In this document: positions 1-12,421 of the stretch, one piece after another
Position numbering within the stretch: position 1 is the stretch's first letter
Layout of the letters: every line of letters begins with the position of its first letter
Assembly: GCA_965112735.1 (NCBI GenBank)
Contig: OZ218960.1
Span: 1,984,001-2,048,000, forward strand
Direction of reading: 5' to 3'
DNA length: 64,000 bases
Origin: Phaeosaccion multiseriatum
Taxonomy: Eukaryota; Protista; Ochrophyta, other classes
Translations under genes and position numbers: made by a program
The notes under the pieces: generated by a model
Database searches by the model: none
What the model was told of the DNA's origin: nothing
The model's input: only the letters and a program-made list of their open reading frames with translations

Positions 1-750
1 AGAGGGTGGGAAGCGATGGACGGATGAGACGGACGCTTAGAGAGGGAGAGACAGGGCGCCTCTCGTCTTCAGCGAACGTCGTGTCACGCCACAGAACACG
101 CTCACGGCTTGCAGCCGTCTTTCGCTTTCTTCGACGAGTGCCGAATGTGACTCGTCAGTGCGACTCGTTGTTGCTACTCTTTGGTACCACTCGCTAGTAC
201 TACTCGGTGGCCGAAGAAGTGGCATGGAGGAGGAATGCACGAACCTTCCTGGCACGAGTGGGGTGGCGGCAGTATTTGTCGGGCGCTTGGCGTGTTGGTG
301 TGGTGGTATGCAGCTTGCGCGGCTGTTAAGGGGTAAGGAAGAGGGGCTCTTCGCTCGACCATACGTTCGAGCCTGCCAGTCAGTCGGTTAGTCAGGGACA
401 AAGTTAGCGATTAGGTCGACCCCCCCCCCGAGTGGGTTCACTGGCCCTCGCTACGCGGGCACTGGCTTCACTTCACGCACACGGAAGCCTTGGTCGTTGT
501 GTGGTGTACACACGAAGATAGAGATGGAGTCGGCAGACAGACTAGCAGACCAGCACAGCAAGCAGAGTACTGGACATTGCAGGAGAGCTAACAGAGCAGC
601 AGAGCAGCCTGTGTCGTAAAAAACACGCCCTGTCGCGGTTTGTGTGACACGGTTGCCTGCCTGCTTGGATTGAGGGCCTCTTGGCCTGCTGCCGGGAGCG
701 GAGACGCCCCTCTCGGGCTCGAGCAGAGCTTCCAGAGCTCCCGCCACCCT

Positions 751-792
751 CCTGACGGACCCCTGACGGACCCCTGACGGACCCCTGACGGG
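751..792. repeat. 11-bp tandem repeat (GGACCCCTGAC) x ~4
   Basis: cctgacggacccctgacggacccctgacggacccctgacgg; shares GACCCCTGACG with the TIR of the element at 41937-42117. Confidence 0.7.
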
Positions 793-1310
793 GTGGAAGG
801 AGGAGGCCAGGGGGGCAACGAAAACAAAGCGTGGGCGCGTGGGCAATGGCAGACCGTGTACGTGGTGCAGAAACCCCTCTTTCCTTCCTTCCTTCCTTCC
901 TTCCTTCCGTTCTCCCCCTTACGAGGAGAGCACGGCGGGTATGGCGTACGTGTATGTGTGGCTCGGATACACATGAAGGAAGGTCGAAGGACGACGGACG
1001 GTCGCGGCGAAAGACGAAGCTCACCCTACCTCCATGCCCATCATCGACGGCCTGTGCTTACTACATCGCATCAGATGGAGTTTAGAGGAGCGTGCAAACA
1101 GAGCCTCGAAGCTTTGTCCCCAATGAGAAGCGAGGGGCAGTGCCAACATTAACCATTAAATACAATAATGAATGGCATTTACCCATGTATCTACTCGGGT
1201 GGAGTGAGACAGGCCCAACCCACCACCAACCGCCCACTCACCCACCCCACTAAACGAACAAAGCAACCAATCACTCACTCACTCACTCACTCACTCACTC
1301 ACTCACTCAC

Positions 1311-2391
1311 TCACTCCAGCATGACGGCTGCCGCAAGCACCTCGGCGCTGCAGTCAGCGGCGGCGGCGGAGTCAACATACCAGGAGAGCGCCCCCTCCGT
1401 ATTGCATGAGACTGGGTACACCAGACCTGCAGGGTAGGGAGAGCCCTTCACCACGACCAGGCCCTCCCCCCCTCCATCTGCCAGGCAGCTGTCCCCTTCA
1501 TCCTCTCTCTTTTTGTTGGAAGGGGCGGCGGTGAAGAGTGTCTTGAGGACCTCCGCCTTGGCTGCCCCAGCTGCGATGAACATCACATGGCGGGCCCGGC
1601 AGAGAGCAGCGAGACTCAGCGTAAGGCGCTCTGGTGGCGGCTTGGGACTGTCTCTGATGAGGGATACACTCTCGCACTCACAGCAGCCATCTTCGCCTCG
1701 GCCGACTTCTGCCGACAAGGCGTGTTCGGGAAAGAGGCTGGCGGTGTGACCGTCGGGTCCCATGCCCAGCAGCACGGCATCAAAGACGGGGAGCTTGTCC
1801 GCCTGCGTTGCGGTGCCGGTACCCTCTCCGAACACGGCGTCCAGCTGTGTCTTATAGTCTTCTCTGCACTCTTCGAGAGGCAGCGACGCACTAATGGCGT
1901 GCACATTCTCGGCTGGCAAGGGTACCTAAGAAAGAGGCCGGGGGCAGGAGGAATGAAGCAGGGATGGGATTATGTAGGGCAGGGGCGACGGGAAGCCCTC
2001 TCTGACTGAGCCTTGCACCCACACACACACCTTGTCAAACAGCGCGTCCTTGCAGGCCTTGTAGTTGCTGTCGTCCGAGGTCAGAGGCACGTGGCGTTCG
2101 TCGGAGAAGAACACTTGCCACTTGGACCACTCCACGTCCGGCTCCTCCGAGAGCCCTTCGAGTAGCTACTTGGCACACAAGCAAGCTGGAGAGGTGAGCT
2201 ATGCGAAGAAGGAACCACCCACTCAGGTTTGGCGCAAATCAAGAGGAACCAACCTTGGGCATCGACCCTCCGCTCAAGGCCACCGTGAACTTTCCCCTTT
2301 GGGACACCGCTTCCCCCGCCAAGCGGGCCAGCTCATGGGCCACCGCATTTCCCAGGCTTTCCTTCGAGGCAGCCACCACGAGCTTCACCAT
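1311..2391 (-). CDS. PGL: 6-phosphogluconolactonase (3 exons: ~2391-2254, 2165-2030, ~1924-1311)
   Basis: MVKLVVAASKESLG..FTVALSGGSMPK / WSKWQVFFSDERHVPLTSDDSNY / FDAVLLGMGPDGHTASLFP..DSPKPPPERLTLSL motifs; GT-AG introns. Confidence 0.93.
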
Positions 2392-2519
2392 ACGGGGCTC
2401 GATCTGGGTCTCGGGAAGATTTTTTCCCGGGAGTAAGGTTTCCGAGTTTCACTGCCTTACGATTTCTTGCTGCGTTACACCAACCCCTTTTCCTCAAAAT
2501 CCCCGCCCACTGTTGTGGG

Positions 2520-4064
2520 ATGGGCTTTCCAGTTGTGAGACAGGAGGATGCGAGGACATCAGTAAGCCCGGCACCGATGCACCCGACTTCTCAGCAGCAA
2601 CAACAACCACCGCAAGGCAAGCCCCCTCACCTGCAAGGACGAAGACCCTTTGTGGGGGGCCATAAGCGCAGGAGAAAGAGGAGTAGTTCGGGCCTGGCCG
2701 GGAGCGGGGCCACTAAAAGCAATAATCAAGTCACCTTCTCCATCGCGGAGTGCAAATACGAAGTCGTGAGGTAAGAGCGATCGTAGGGAGGGAGGGAGGA
2801 GGGAGGGAGGGAGGGAGGGAGAGAGGAGGGAGGAGGGAGGAGGGAGGGAGGGAGGGGGGAGTACAGGGACTAGACTCGGGTCGCGGAGCTAGCCTGGCAG
2901 ATAGAGATGGACCACACGTCACAACGGGTTCTTTTCCTCCTCGTGCTGATACCAACACCTCCGTTTGGAGTACAAGTCGCGCAAGGAACGCTCTCTCTCT
3001 CTCTTGTCTCCATCTCCCTCCCCAGTGCCTTTACAGCTGTGAGGGGGCCAGATCAAGCACTAAACCACTCCTTCTCACCGTACCGTGGTACTTTCTGCTT
3101 ATCTCTCACCCACACATACAGAGAGGCCGCGAGGGCTCTTGGCTGGAAGCTCGTAGACGCGGAGCCAGACCCGGAGGCGGGCACTAGTAGCGGCAGCAGC
3201 AGCAACGGCAGTAGCAGCAGTGGCAGCAGCAGCAGCAGCAGCAGCACAATCGTGGGAACTTATGGCGAAGAAGGCTGCAACAACAATGCTGGCATCAGTG
3301 GCAGCAGTAGTAGTAATAGTAGTAGTAGTGGGAACAGCATCATCAACTTGATGGCAGGGGGCATTGTGAGCAAAAAGTGCCATGTGTATTGGGTGGATGT
3401 TGCCAATATTTTGGAGCGCATGCAGCAACTGCAGCCGTGGCAGCGTATCAATCACTTCCCAGGCATGACAAACATCGCTCGAAAGTCACGCATGGCGCAA
3501 TCGTTGGACAGGATGCGAAGGGTAAGTAAGCGAGAGGGAGGGAGGAGGGAGGGAGGGAGGGAGAGAGGAAGGAGAAAAGGAGACGTGGGGGAGGAAGCAG
3601 GAGGAAGGAGGAAGGAGGAGGGAGGAGGGGGGAGGGACGAGGGAGAAGGGAGGAGGGAGGAGGGAGTGGTGACTCGTCAGTCCGAGTTGAGTGGTGGATG
3701 GTCAGTAATTAATAGTTTGTACTAGTGAGTAGTGCTCCGTCGGTCTATATGGGCGAGGGGGGGAGGGGGGTGGCGTGAGACGGGGCAGAGAGAGAAGGGA
3801 CAGAAAGGAGAGAGAGACAAGAGAGGATGAGTAGAAAGAGGAGAGAGGAGAAGATAGAGCACTTGGAGCTCACTGCACGCTGACGCTGGTGCTCCCCTGT
3901 TTCCTTGCGTCTCTCTCTCTCTCCCCTCAGGCCTTTCCCAATGAATATCTTTTCTACCCTCGGACGTGGGTGCTGCCCCTGGAGTGGGCCATCTTCAAGA
4001 GCCAGTTCGACTCTCAGGGCAAGAGCGCTAAGACGTTCATCATCAAGCCTGATAGTGGGTGAGT

Positions 4065-4151
<87 letters not shown>

Positions 4152-5962
4152 CGTACACACATACACACACAGCAGCAGCCGCACCAAGAAAGCCAAGGGC
4201 TCGTAAGAAGGCGGTTACCTTACTTTTCCACGCAATGGACAGAGTTGCCACGGCTCCCCTCCGCTCGTCCCTCAGCCCCCCCCTTCGCTGCCGCCTTCCA
4301 GACGTCCTGACACCCCCTGTCCTCACACCTCCCAGGTGCCAAGGGAAGGGCATCTTCCTCACGCAGGACATGTCCAAGATCAACCCTATGGAGAGCCAGG
4401 TCTGTCATGCACTACCATCCTCCTTACATCATTGACTTACCCTAAATGCGCTGACTCACACACTGCATCAATCCTTCGCTGACGTACTCCCTACTCCAGG
4501 TGGCGCAGATGTACATCCAGCGGCCGCTGCTGCTCAACGGTTACAAGTTCGACCTCCGCGTGTATGTGCTCCTCACGAGCATTCGGCCCTTCCGCGTCTA
4601 TATGTTCAGGTGCGTGGGTGCGTGGGTGCGTGAGTACGTGGTGTGCGTTCGTGCGTGGGTGGGTGGGTGCGCGCGTGTGCGTGTGTGCGTGTGTAGGTGT
4701 GTGTGTGCGAGCATGATTTGTCGTACCCTACCCTCTTACCATACCCGCTCGTACGCCGTGTGCAATGTGCCGCACAGGGACGGCTTGGTGCGTTTGTGCA
4801 CAGAGGCGTATGTCCGCCCCACCGCTGACAACATCGAGGACCGCTGCATGCATCTCACAAACTATGCCGTCAACAAGAGGAGCGACAAGTTTGTTGCCAA
4901 TCAGGGAGAGGGGAGGGCGGACGTAGGGAGCAAGAGGAGCATCCAGGTACAAAGGGAGAGAGTGAAGAGGGGAGAAGAGGGAGGGGAGAGAGAGGGAGGG
5001 AGAGAGGTGGGGGGTGGGAGAGAGAGAGTGAGAGAGAGAGGGAGAGTGACTGTGATTGTGCGTGCCCTGTGTGGGGATGCTATGCTGTGGCTTGCCCTTG
5101 CTCCCTCCCCCTTCGCCCAAGGCCCTCAATATGTCTGTGACTGTGCCTGCCTCCCTCCCTCCCTCCCTCCCTCCCTCCCTCCCTCCCTCCCTCCCTCCCT
5201 CCCTCTCTCTCCCTCCACAGTGGCTCATGGCGTGGATTCGCTCCGAGTACGGGCCCGACAAGGCTGCGACTCTGTGGCGTCGAATGGGCAACTGCGCAAC
5301 CAAAACCATCGCCTCAATTCTGCCCACCCTGCACAGAGAGTACGCCTCCGTCTTCGGAGAGGAGGCGTACAGAGCTCCCGAGGGGGGACGCCCCAGCCCC
5401 GCCCGAGGGCCTTCCACCGCTAACGGGGAAGCCTCCCCTACTGGCTCCACTGCTTGCTCCACTGCTGGCTCCACTCCAGCCCCATCTTCCTCCTCTGCCT
5501 CTACTTCTTCTGACGCTGGTGCTGTTCGTGGTGGTGGTGGAGGTGGTGGTGGTGGTGGTGGCGGTGGTGGTGGGAGTGGAATTGGAAGCAGCGGTAGTGG
5601 CTCGGCCGCCGGATCTGCGTCTGCGGCGGTGGATGTCCTCTCCTCCTCGTCTGCAAGGGCTCGTCGAGAGTCCTTCTCGTCAGTAGCGCCCAACGAGAGG
5701 AGAAGGAGGAGGAGGAGCTTGGTGAACAGCCAAAGCGGGGGGGGGAGTGCGGCAAGCGGGAGCGGGAGCGTAGGTGGAGGAGGAAGCGAGGAGGATGGAC
5801 CAGAAGGCACTGAGGGCAGCGATGGGAGCGATTCTGAGCGGGCACACGCCGACACAGCAGCAAAACGTGCCGCCGCCGCCACCATAGCAGCAGCAGCAGC
5901 AGCAGGAGGAGAGGGAGGAGGAGGGGGGGGGGGGAGGGGAGGAAGGAGGAGGGAGTAACCGC

Positions 5963-6029
<67 letters not shown>

Positions 6030-6031
6030 GC

Positions 6032-6068
<37 letters not shown>

Positions 6069-6440
6069 GCAACAACAGCAACAACAGTCGGCCCTCCTCG
6101 CCCTCCTCGGAGAAGATAAGCGGTTCACGCTGTATCGAGATCCTGGGGGTGGACTTCATGTTGGACTCGCAGCTCCGACCCTGGCTCATCGAGGTGAATC
6201 ACTTGCCAAGCTTTGGGACCGACTCTCCTCTGGATGCGGCCATCAAGGGAAAGGTGGTGCGCTCGGCCATGTCTATCTTGCGCACACGCGCGGCGGACAA
6301 GAGGGTGTATGAGGCACACAATAGGAAGGGCGTGCAGGAACGGCTTTATAGTAGGAGTACCAGCAAGAGGTAAGAGGGGGAGGGGGAGGAGGAGGAGCAG
6401 GAGGAGGAGGAGGAGGAGGAGGAGGAGGAGGAGGAGGAGG

Positions 6441-6482
<42 letters not shown>

Positions 6483-9400
6483 AGGAGGAGGAGGAGGAGG
6501 AGGAGGAGGAGGAGGAGGAGGAGGAGGAGGAGGAGGAGGAGGAGGAGAAGGAGGAGGAGGAGGAGGAGGAGGAGGAGGAGGGGGAAGGGGGGGGGGAGAG
6601 GAAAGAACACTCTAAGAGAAGTCCCGTTTGTTCACGCAGTGGTTCACTCGTGCCATCTCTCTGCCCATCGCCCACCCTCTTATCTGTTGCCCCCCCCCCC
6701 CCTTCCCCCTCCTCCTTCTCCTCCTCCTCCTCCTCCTCCTCCTCCTCCTCCTCCTCCTCCTCCTCCTCCTCCTCCTCCTCCTCCTCCACCCCCTCCTCCT
6801 CCTCCTCCTCCTCCTCCTCCTCCTCCTCCTCCTCCTCCTCCTCCTCCTCCTCCTCCTCCTCCTCCTCCTCCTCCTCCTCCTCCTCCTCCTCCTCCTCCTC
6901 CTCCTCCTCCTCCTCCTCCTCCTCCTCCTCCTCCCCCTCCTCCTCCTCCTCCTCCTCCTCCTCCTCCTCCTCCTCCTCCTCCTCCTCCTCCTCCTCCTCC
7001 TCCTCCTCCTCCTCCTCCTCCTCCTCCTTCTCCTCGTCCTCCTCCTCCTCCTCCCCCCCCCCCCTCTTCCTCCTCCTCCTCCTCCTCCTCCTCCTTTTCT
7101 TCCCCCTCCTCCTCCCCCCCCCCCCTCCTCCTCCAGCTCGCTGAAGGAAAGAGACAAAGACAAAGAGAAGGAAGTGGAAATGGAAAAGGAGAAGGAGAAG
7201 GGGCCGGAGCAGCCGTCTCCCTGCCCCCCTCCGCCCCTCTCGCCGAGTATAGTTAAATACCGTGAAGCGGTGCGTGCTGTATATGCTCGGTACGCCCCCG
7301 CTAAGCTCAATAAGATAGAGGCCCTGCTGCACAAGTATAGAGGCAAAGAGCGCAAGCTGTTGCACATGGTGAGGGACAAGTATGCCATGGAGGGGGACGG
7401 AGAGGGTGGCTTACCAGGAGGCGACGATAGCAAGGAGGAAGAGGGAGGGGAGGAGGGAGAGGAAGAGGGGGAGGAAGAGGGGGAGGAGCAGGATGAGGGG
7501 GAGGAGCAGGATGAGGAGGAGAATGAGGAAGAGGATGAGGAGGATAAAGACAGGACGCAGCGGCGGCGGCGGCGGCGGCGGCAGCAGCAGCAGGAGGAGG
7601 AGGGGGAGGAGGGGGAGGAGGGGGACGAGGAGGAGGACGAGGAGGACGAGGAGGAGGAGGAGGAGGAGGAGGAGGAGGAGGAGGAGGAGGAGGAGGAGGA
7701 GGAGGAGGAGGAGGAGGAGGAGGAGGAGGAGGAGGAGGAGGAGGAGGAGGAGGAGGAGGAGGAGGAGAGGAGGAGGAGGAGGAGGAGGAGGAGGAGGAGG
7801 AGGAGGAGGAGGAGGAGGAGGAGGGGGAGGAGGAGGAGGAGGGTGAGGAAGACGCTCTGGCAGTCGCTCTTCGCCAGGCACTGCCACAGTCACAACCACA
7901 GCCCCAGCAGTTGGTCATACAGCAGGGCCCGGATGCTCTTGTCCCCGCCGGAGGGGAGTTGGTGGGGGAGGAGTGTGACCCTTCTGAGTCAAAAGGCAAG
8001 GCGGCGGGCGGACGAGGGGGTCGCCTCTTGCGCTCCTCCTCGGCACCTTCACCATGCCCTCCTTCGGGGCTGGGGGAGAGGGGGGGGGTAGAGGCGGGAG
8101 GGGGAGGGGCGGGCTCGGTTACAGATCGGAATCCTTCGACTTGCTTCACGAGTTGGGGTGGCGACGCAGGCGAGGGGGAGGGAGACGGAGAAGGAGGAGG
8201 AGGAGGAGGAGGAGGAGGAGGAGGAGGAGGAGGAGGAGGAGGAGGAGGAGGAGGAGGAGGAGGAGGAGGAGGAGGAGGAGGCGGAGGAGGAGGAGGAGGC
8301 GGAGGAGGCGACCGCAGTAATAGTCAGGCTAGCAGCAGCACCAGCACCACCAGTAGCGGTAGCAGCAGTAGCAGCAGTAGTATTGGTAGAAGGAGTAAGA
8401 GTAGGAGGAGGACAAGGAGCGGGAGCAGGAGCAAAAGTTCGACGACGCAAGTGAATGGAACAGTCGGAGAGAAGGAAGGTGAGGGAGAGGAGGCGACCGA
8501 TGCCAAATCTGTCGCTGCAACAGCAACAAGAAGCGCTGACGAGGGACCAGGAGGCGGTGGTGGTGGTGGTAGTGGAGCAAAGGGTGCTCGTAGCAGCAGC
8601 TGGAGTGGGGTAAGCTCCGCTGCTGTCGCTGCCGCCGCCGCTGCTGCTGCTGCCGCCCCGCCTTCGGCCCAATCGAATGAGGGCGGAGGAGGAGGAGGGG
8701 GAGGAGGAGGAGGAGGAGGAGGAGGAGGAGGAGGAGGAGGAGGAGGAGGAGGAGGAGCGAGTGGGGAGGGAGGAGAGGAGAAGTACAAGGACGGCCCTGA
8801 ACTGTGGCAAGGCGAAGAGGACCAACATGTCATGGCGTGGGAGCTGGAGATGCTGCAGGGGTGGGAGAGAGTGTACCCCAGAGAGGAGCTCTGGTGCGAC
8901 GACGGCCCTGACGCCATCCCAGCAGAGGAAGAAGTGACTGGGCAGGTTACTAGCTCTGGCTCTGGCTCTGGCTCTGGCTCGGTCGGGGCTGGCGAGGGGG
9001 CGGAGGGGACGGAGGGAGGGGAGGACGCGAACAAGCCCGGTGCAGGCGCTGTGCCTGCTGCTACTACTGTTGCGAGTTCGAGTGGTTGTCGGCAGAGCAG
9101 TGGCAGTAGCAGCATTAATGGTATTAGGCCGAAGAAGAGGAAGGGGGCGCTGATTAAGGACATGATCCGCTATGTGTTCGAAGACGATCGCAAGCAAATG
9201 ATGCGTCTAAAGTGTCCCTTGCAGCAGAGCAGAGGGGTCAAGGATATGGAGACCAAGCTGCCTCCCATAGATAAGGTGAGGCATGCATTAAAGAGGGAGA
9301 GAAGGAGGAGGAAGGGAAGGGAGCGGGAGAGAAGGGAGCGAGGGAGGGACGAAGGGAGGCGAAGGAGGGCGGTCGAAGAAGGGGCAGGAACCGAGTAGGC

Positions 9401-10490
9401 CGACCGGTTCATTCCTTTTCATCCTCCTTTCACCTGATTGATCAAGTCCTTTGTCTGGTTTGCTTGATTGCGTGCTTGTGTGCTGTGTCACAGGAGGACG
9501 CCGGCCTCGGCCCCGGCAGTTACAACATCACCGGACATGGGGCGGGTGGAAGGGGGGTGGGCTGTGCGGGGCTCATCATGGGCAAGGCGCCACCGAGGCC
9601 TGAGGTCAAGGATCTTCCAGTGCCCGGCAAGGCCCAAACCAGCAAGGTGAGAGTGAGTGAGTGAGGGAGTGAGGGAGTGAGGGAGTGAGGGAGTGAGGGA
9701 GTGAGTGAGTGAGTGAGTGAGTGAGTGAGGGAGTGAGGGAGTGAGGGAGTGAGTGAATGAGTAAGTGAGGGAGTGAGGGAGTGAGTGAGTGAGTGAGTGA
9801 GTGAGTGAGTGAGTGAGTGAGTGAGTGAGTGAGTGAGTGAGTGAGTGAGTGAGTGAGTGAGTGAGGGAATGAGGGAGTGAGGGAGTAAGTGAATGAGTAA
9901 GTGAGGGAGTGAGTGAGTGAGTGAGTGAGTGAGTGAGTGAGTGAGTGAGTGAGTGAGTGAGTGAGTGAGTGAGTGAGTGAGTGAGTGAGTGAGTGAGTGA
10001 GTGAGTGAGTGAGTGAGTGAGTGAGTGAGTGAGTGAGTGAGGGAGTGGGGCGGTGGGGGGGGGGCGGAAGGAAGTGAAGGAATGGGGACAGGTGACCACC
10101 CCCCACAACCGCTCGCTTTGACACGGACCCATCCATCTATTCATCTATCCATTGATAGATAGATCCATGTCTCTATCTCTATCTCTGAATCCTCTCCCTC
10201 TGTATACATGCCCTCGCCACACTGACTCGCCCCCCTCCTCCTTGCTCCCTCCTTAGGCGAGTCGACTGATGCGCGGCTACAGCAGCAGCAACCGCCTTGC
10301 CCCGGAGAGCAGCGGCGGCCCGGGAGACACTGACGACTGGGCCTCCCATATCACCAACATGCAAAGCGACGGCCTCCGCCTGGCCATGGGCGACACCAAG
10401 GGCTACAGACAGCGCCTCGAGGAGGCCAAAGCAGCGCGTACCAAAGTACCTGTACCGCTCAAGGTTATGACTTTCGAGTTCCCGTTCTAA
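2520..10490 (+). CDS. Tubulin polyglutamylase, TTLL6/TTLL13-like, multi-exon, with long low-complexity inserts and apparent homopolymer frameshifts
   Basis: Exons encode CKYEVVR, QRINHFPGMTNIARKSRM, YPRTWVLP, FIIKPDSG-CQGKGIFL, YIQRPLLLNGYKFDLRVYVL, CMHLTNYAVNK, RCIEILGVDFMLDSQLRPWLIEVNHLPSFGTDSPLD; 3' exons at ~7137-9275, 9493-9646, 10257-10490 less certain. Confidence 0.85.
6385..7135. repeat. Intronic (GGA)n tract followed by complementary (CCT)n tract
   Basis: Directly visible within the TTLL intron ~6370-7136. Confidence 0.9.
9647..10045 (+). repeat. (GAGT)n/(GAGG) microsatellite starting at a splice donor
   Basis: About 100 tetramer units following AAG|GTGAGAGTGAGT. Confidence 0.9.
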
Positions 10491-10842
10491 TGGAAAGAAG
10501 AGGGAGAGTAAATATCGTGTTCCCGTTCTAATGGAGGGAAGGAGGGGAGTGAATGGAGTATCGAGGAGAAAGAGGAGGAGGAGAAGAAGTATAAGAAGAA
10601 GAAGAAGAAGACCAGGCAGAGGGGAGAAACAGCAGAAGAGAAAGAGGGAGAAGAACAAGAAGCAGGCACGCACGCATGTGCGAAGGCGCACGCAGAGCAC
10701 ACACGACGTAGAAGTACTATTTTATAGAAGTACTTCCTCTGCGTACCAAAATAATTTAAATCTCTCACGCCTCCACTGAGACCAACCAGACCCAGGCTGC
10801 AGCCAGCAGGGTAAAAGCAGGGTAACATTCGATAACATGTCC

Positions 10843-11076
10843 CTACACGCCTCCCAGCAGACGCACCAACATGTGCAGGGTGCTCTCCTTCTGAATATTG
10901 TAGTCGGACAGCTTCTTGCCGTCCATCAGCTGCTTACCGCCGTAGATTAGCCTCTGCTGATGAAAAGGAATTCCTCCCTTGTAGAAGATACCCTCCTTGA
11001 CTTTGTCGATGGTGTCTGAAGGCTCCACGTCCAGCAAAAGGGTCTTGCCCGTGAGAACCTTGACGAAGATCTGCAT
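10843..11076 (-). CDS. Divergent monomeric ubiquitin-like protein (77 aa, intronless)
   Basis: [12 protein letters not shown]...[11 protein letters not shown]...[19 protein letters not shown]; 54/76 identical to canonical ubiquitin by manual alignment. Confidence 0.85.
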   Translation of the reverse strand: MQIFVKVLTGKTLLLDVEPSDTIDKVKEGIFYKGGIPFHQQRLIYGGKQLMDGKKLSDYNIQKESTLHMLVRLLGGV

Positions 11077-12065
11077 GATGAGAAGATGATACACTCGATA
11101 ATGAATGCCTTTTCGACGAGGCCACGGAGGGAGAGGGTCGAGGGGGGTGGGGGGCGAGAGGGCCGGGGGGGAGTGAGGGGCTATTTCTACTCAGGAAGTC
11201 AGGGAGGGTCAGGACCATGGCCTTGGAAGAAGGGTTAGGTCTTAGCTCTACCAGTAGATGGCATACAAAGAGACAATGGAAAGTCTGAGGAGCATATGCA
11301 AAACATCGGAAGGGCTTTAGAGCGTACGTTCCGGTTATCGTTGGAGGGTCTAGGGATTTTTGGAGGGCCTTACGACATCAGAACAAAGCCCCTCTCGCCA
11401 CTGCTGCTAACACTCTTACTCATCATCCCTTCACATATGGGCCATGTGCACGTAATTGTTGGCACAACCCTCTTTACTCTGCCGCTTGCTTCGTTTGCTC
11501 AGTGTCTCCAGTGGCAGCGGCCGTATGATTCGCAGCCACAAGTTGAAGAAGACCCAATATGGAACAACCCGCTCATATCCTCTTCCCCAGCAGTGCCCCG
11601 AGCCCGCTTTCGACCTGGTAGCTGTACCTGTTGGTTTGCTGTTCCAGGCTGTTTGCTTGTGTTGTGATTTCCTGATTTCCGATTTTGGGGGTGCGAGGAG
11701 AGAGGATGCAAGCCAACCTGTTCACGTGAGAACCAACACGGGATGTTGTGATAGAGTGATACACGATCTGCTTTTCTCCCTACCACACCAACGGTCATAC
11801 TGTCACAATGTCACAATCTGGGGATCATCTGGGTGGAGCACGAGTTCGAGCACGAGTTCGGTTGGTGGATGGAGGTAGATAGGGCGGCAAGTTACAAGTT
11901 ACAGCGTTTTTTTGTGTGTCTGACTTTAGTTAGAGAGCTTGACATGGCTCTTCCTTTGCGACTGCGGCAGCACAGACTCAGTGGATTCTTCGCGAGCTTT
12001 GCACAGCTTGTCAACCAGCAGCAGGTCAAGGAGGACCGCGTCTAGAGCTCCACAAGTATGATCCC

Positions 12066-12419
12066 GTGGCCACTCGTACTGCATACAAGCCTCTCGGTTT
12101 CCTGCCCACAACCCTCTTGCGGGGGGTGCTCCGGCTGGAAAGCAGCCGCATGTATTTCTCACCCAGAAACAGCAGTGGCAGCAGCGGCAGCGGCTCCAGC
12201 ACAAACTGGATCTACGGAGGACACCGCAGGAGCAGCAGGAGCAGCAGCAGCAGCAGAAGAAGAAGCGCTAGGCGGTGCTCTGAGGAGGGCTGCGAGAATG
12301 TGGCCGTGAAGGGTGGGGTCTGCGTGAAGCACGGGGCGCAGAGAAAGAGGTGCTCTGTGGAGGGCTGCGATAACAAGGCTGGCAAGGAGAGCGGATTCTG
12401 CAGCGTGCACACGTCGTAG
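12066..12419 (+). CDS. Putative terminal exon or fragment with two C-x4-C-x~10-C-x2-H zinc-finger repeats (WRKY19-like type)
   Basis: RRCSEEGCENVAVKGGVCVKHGAQRKRCSVEGCDNKAGKESGFCSVH; start not resolved. Confidence 0.5.
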   Translation: MATRTAYKPLGFLPTTLLRGVLRLESSRMYFSPRNSSGSSGSGSSTNWIYGGHRRSSRSSSSSRRRSARRCSEEGCENVAVKGGVCVKHGAQRKRCSVEGCDNKAGKESGFCSVHTS

Positions 12420-12421
12420 AT

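Noticed and set aside
1-1150. Short ORFs at the window start
   Set aside because: No recognisable motifs or consistent exon chain
11296-12060. Possible transposase or viral ORFs next to the ubiquitin-like gene
   Set aside because: All frames are interrupted and no catalytic motifs are recognisable
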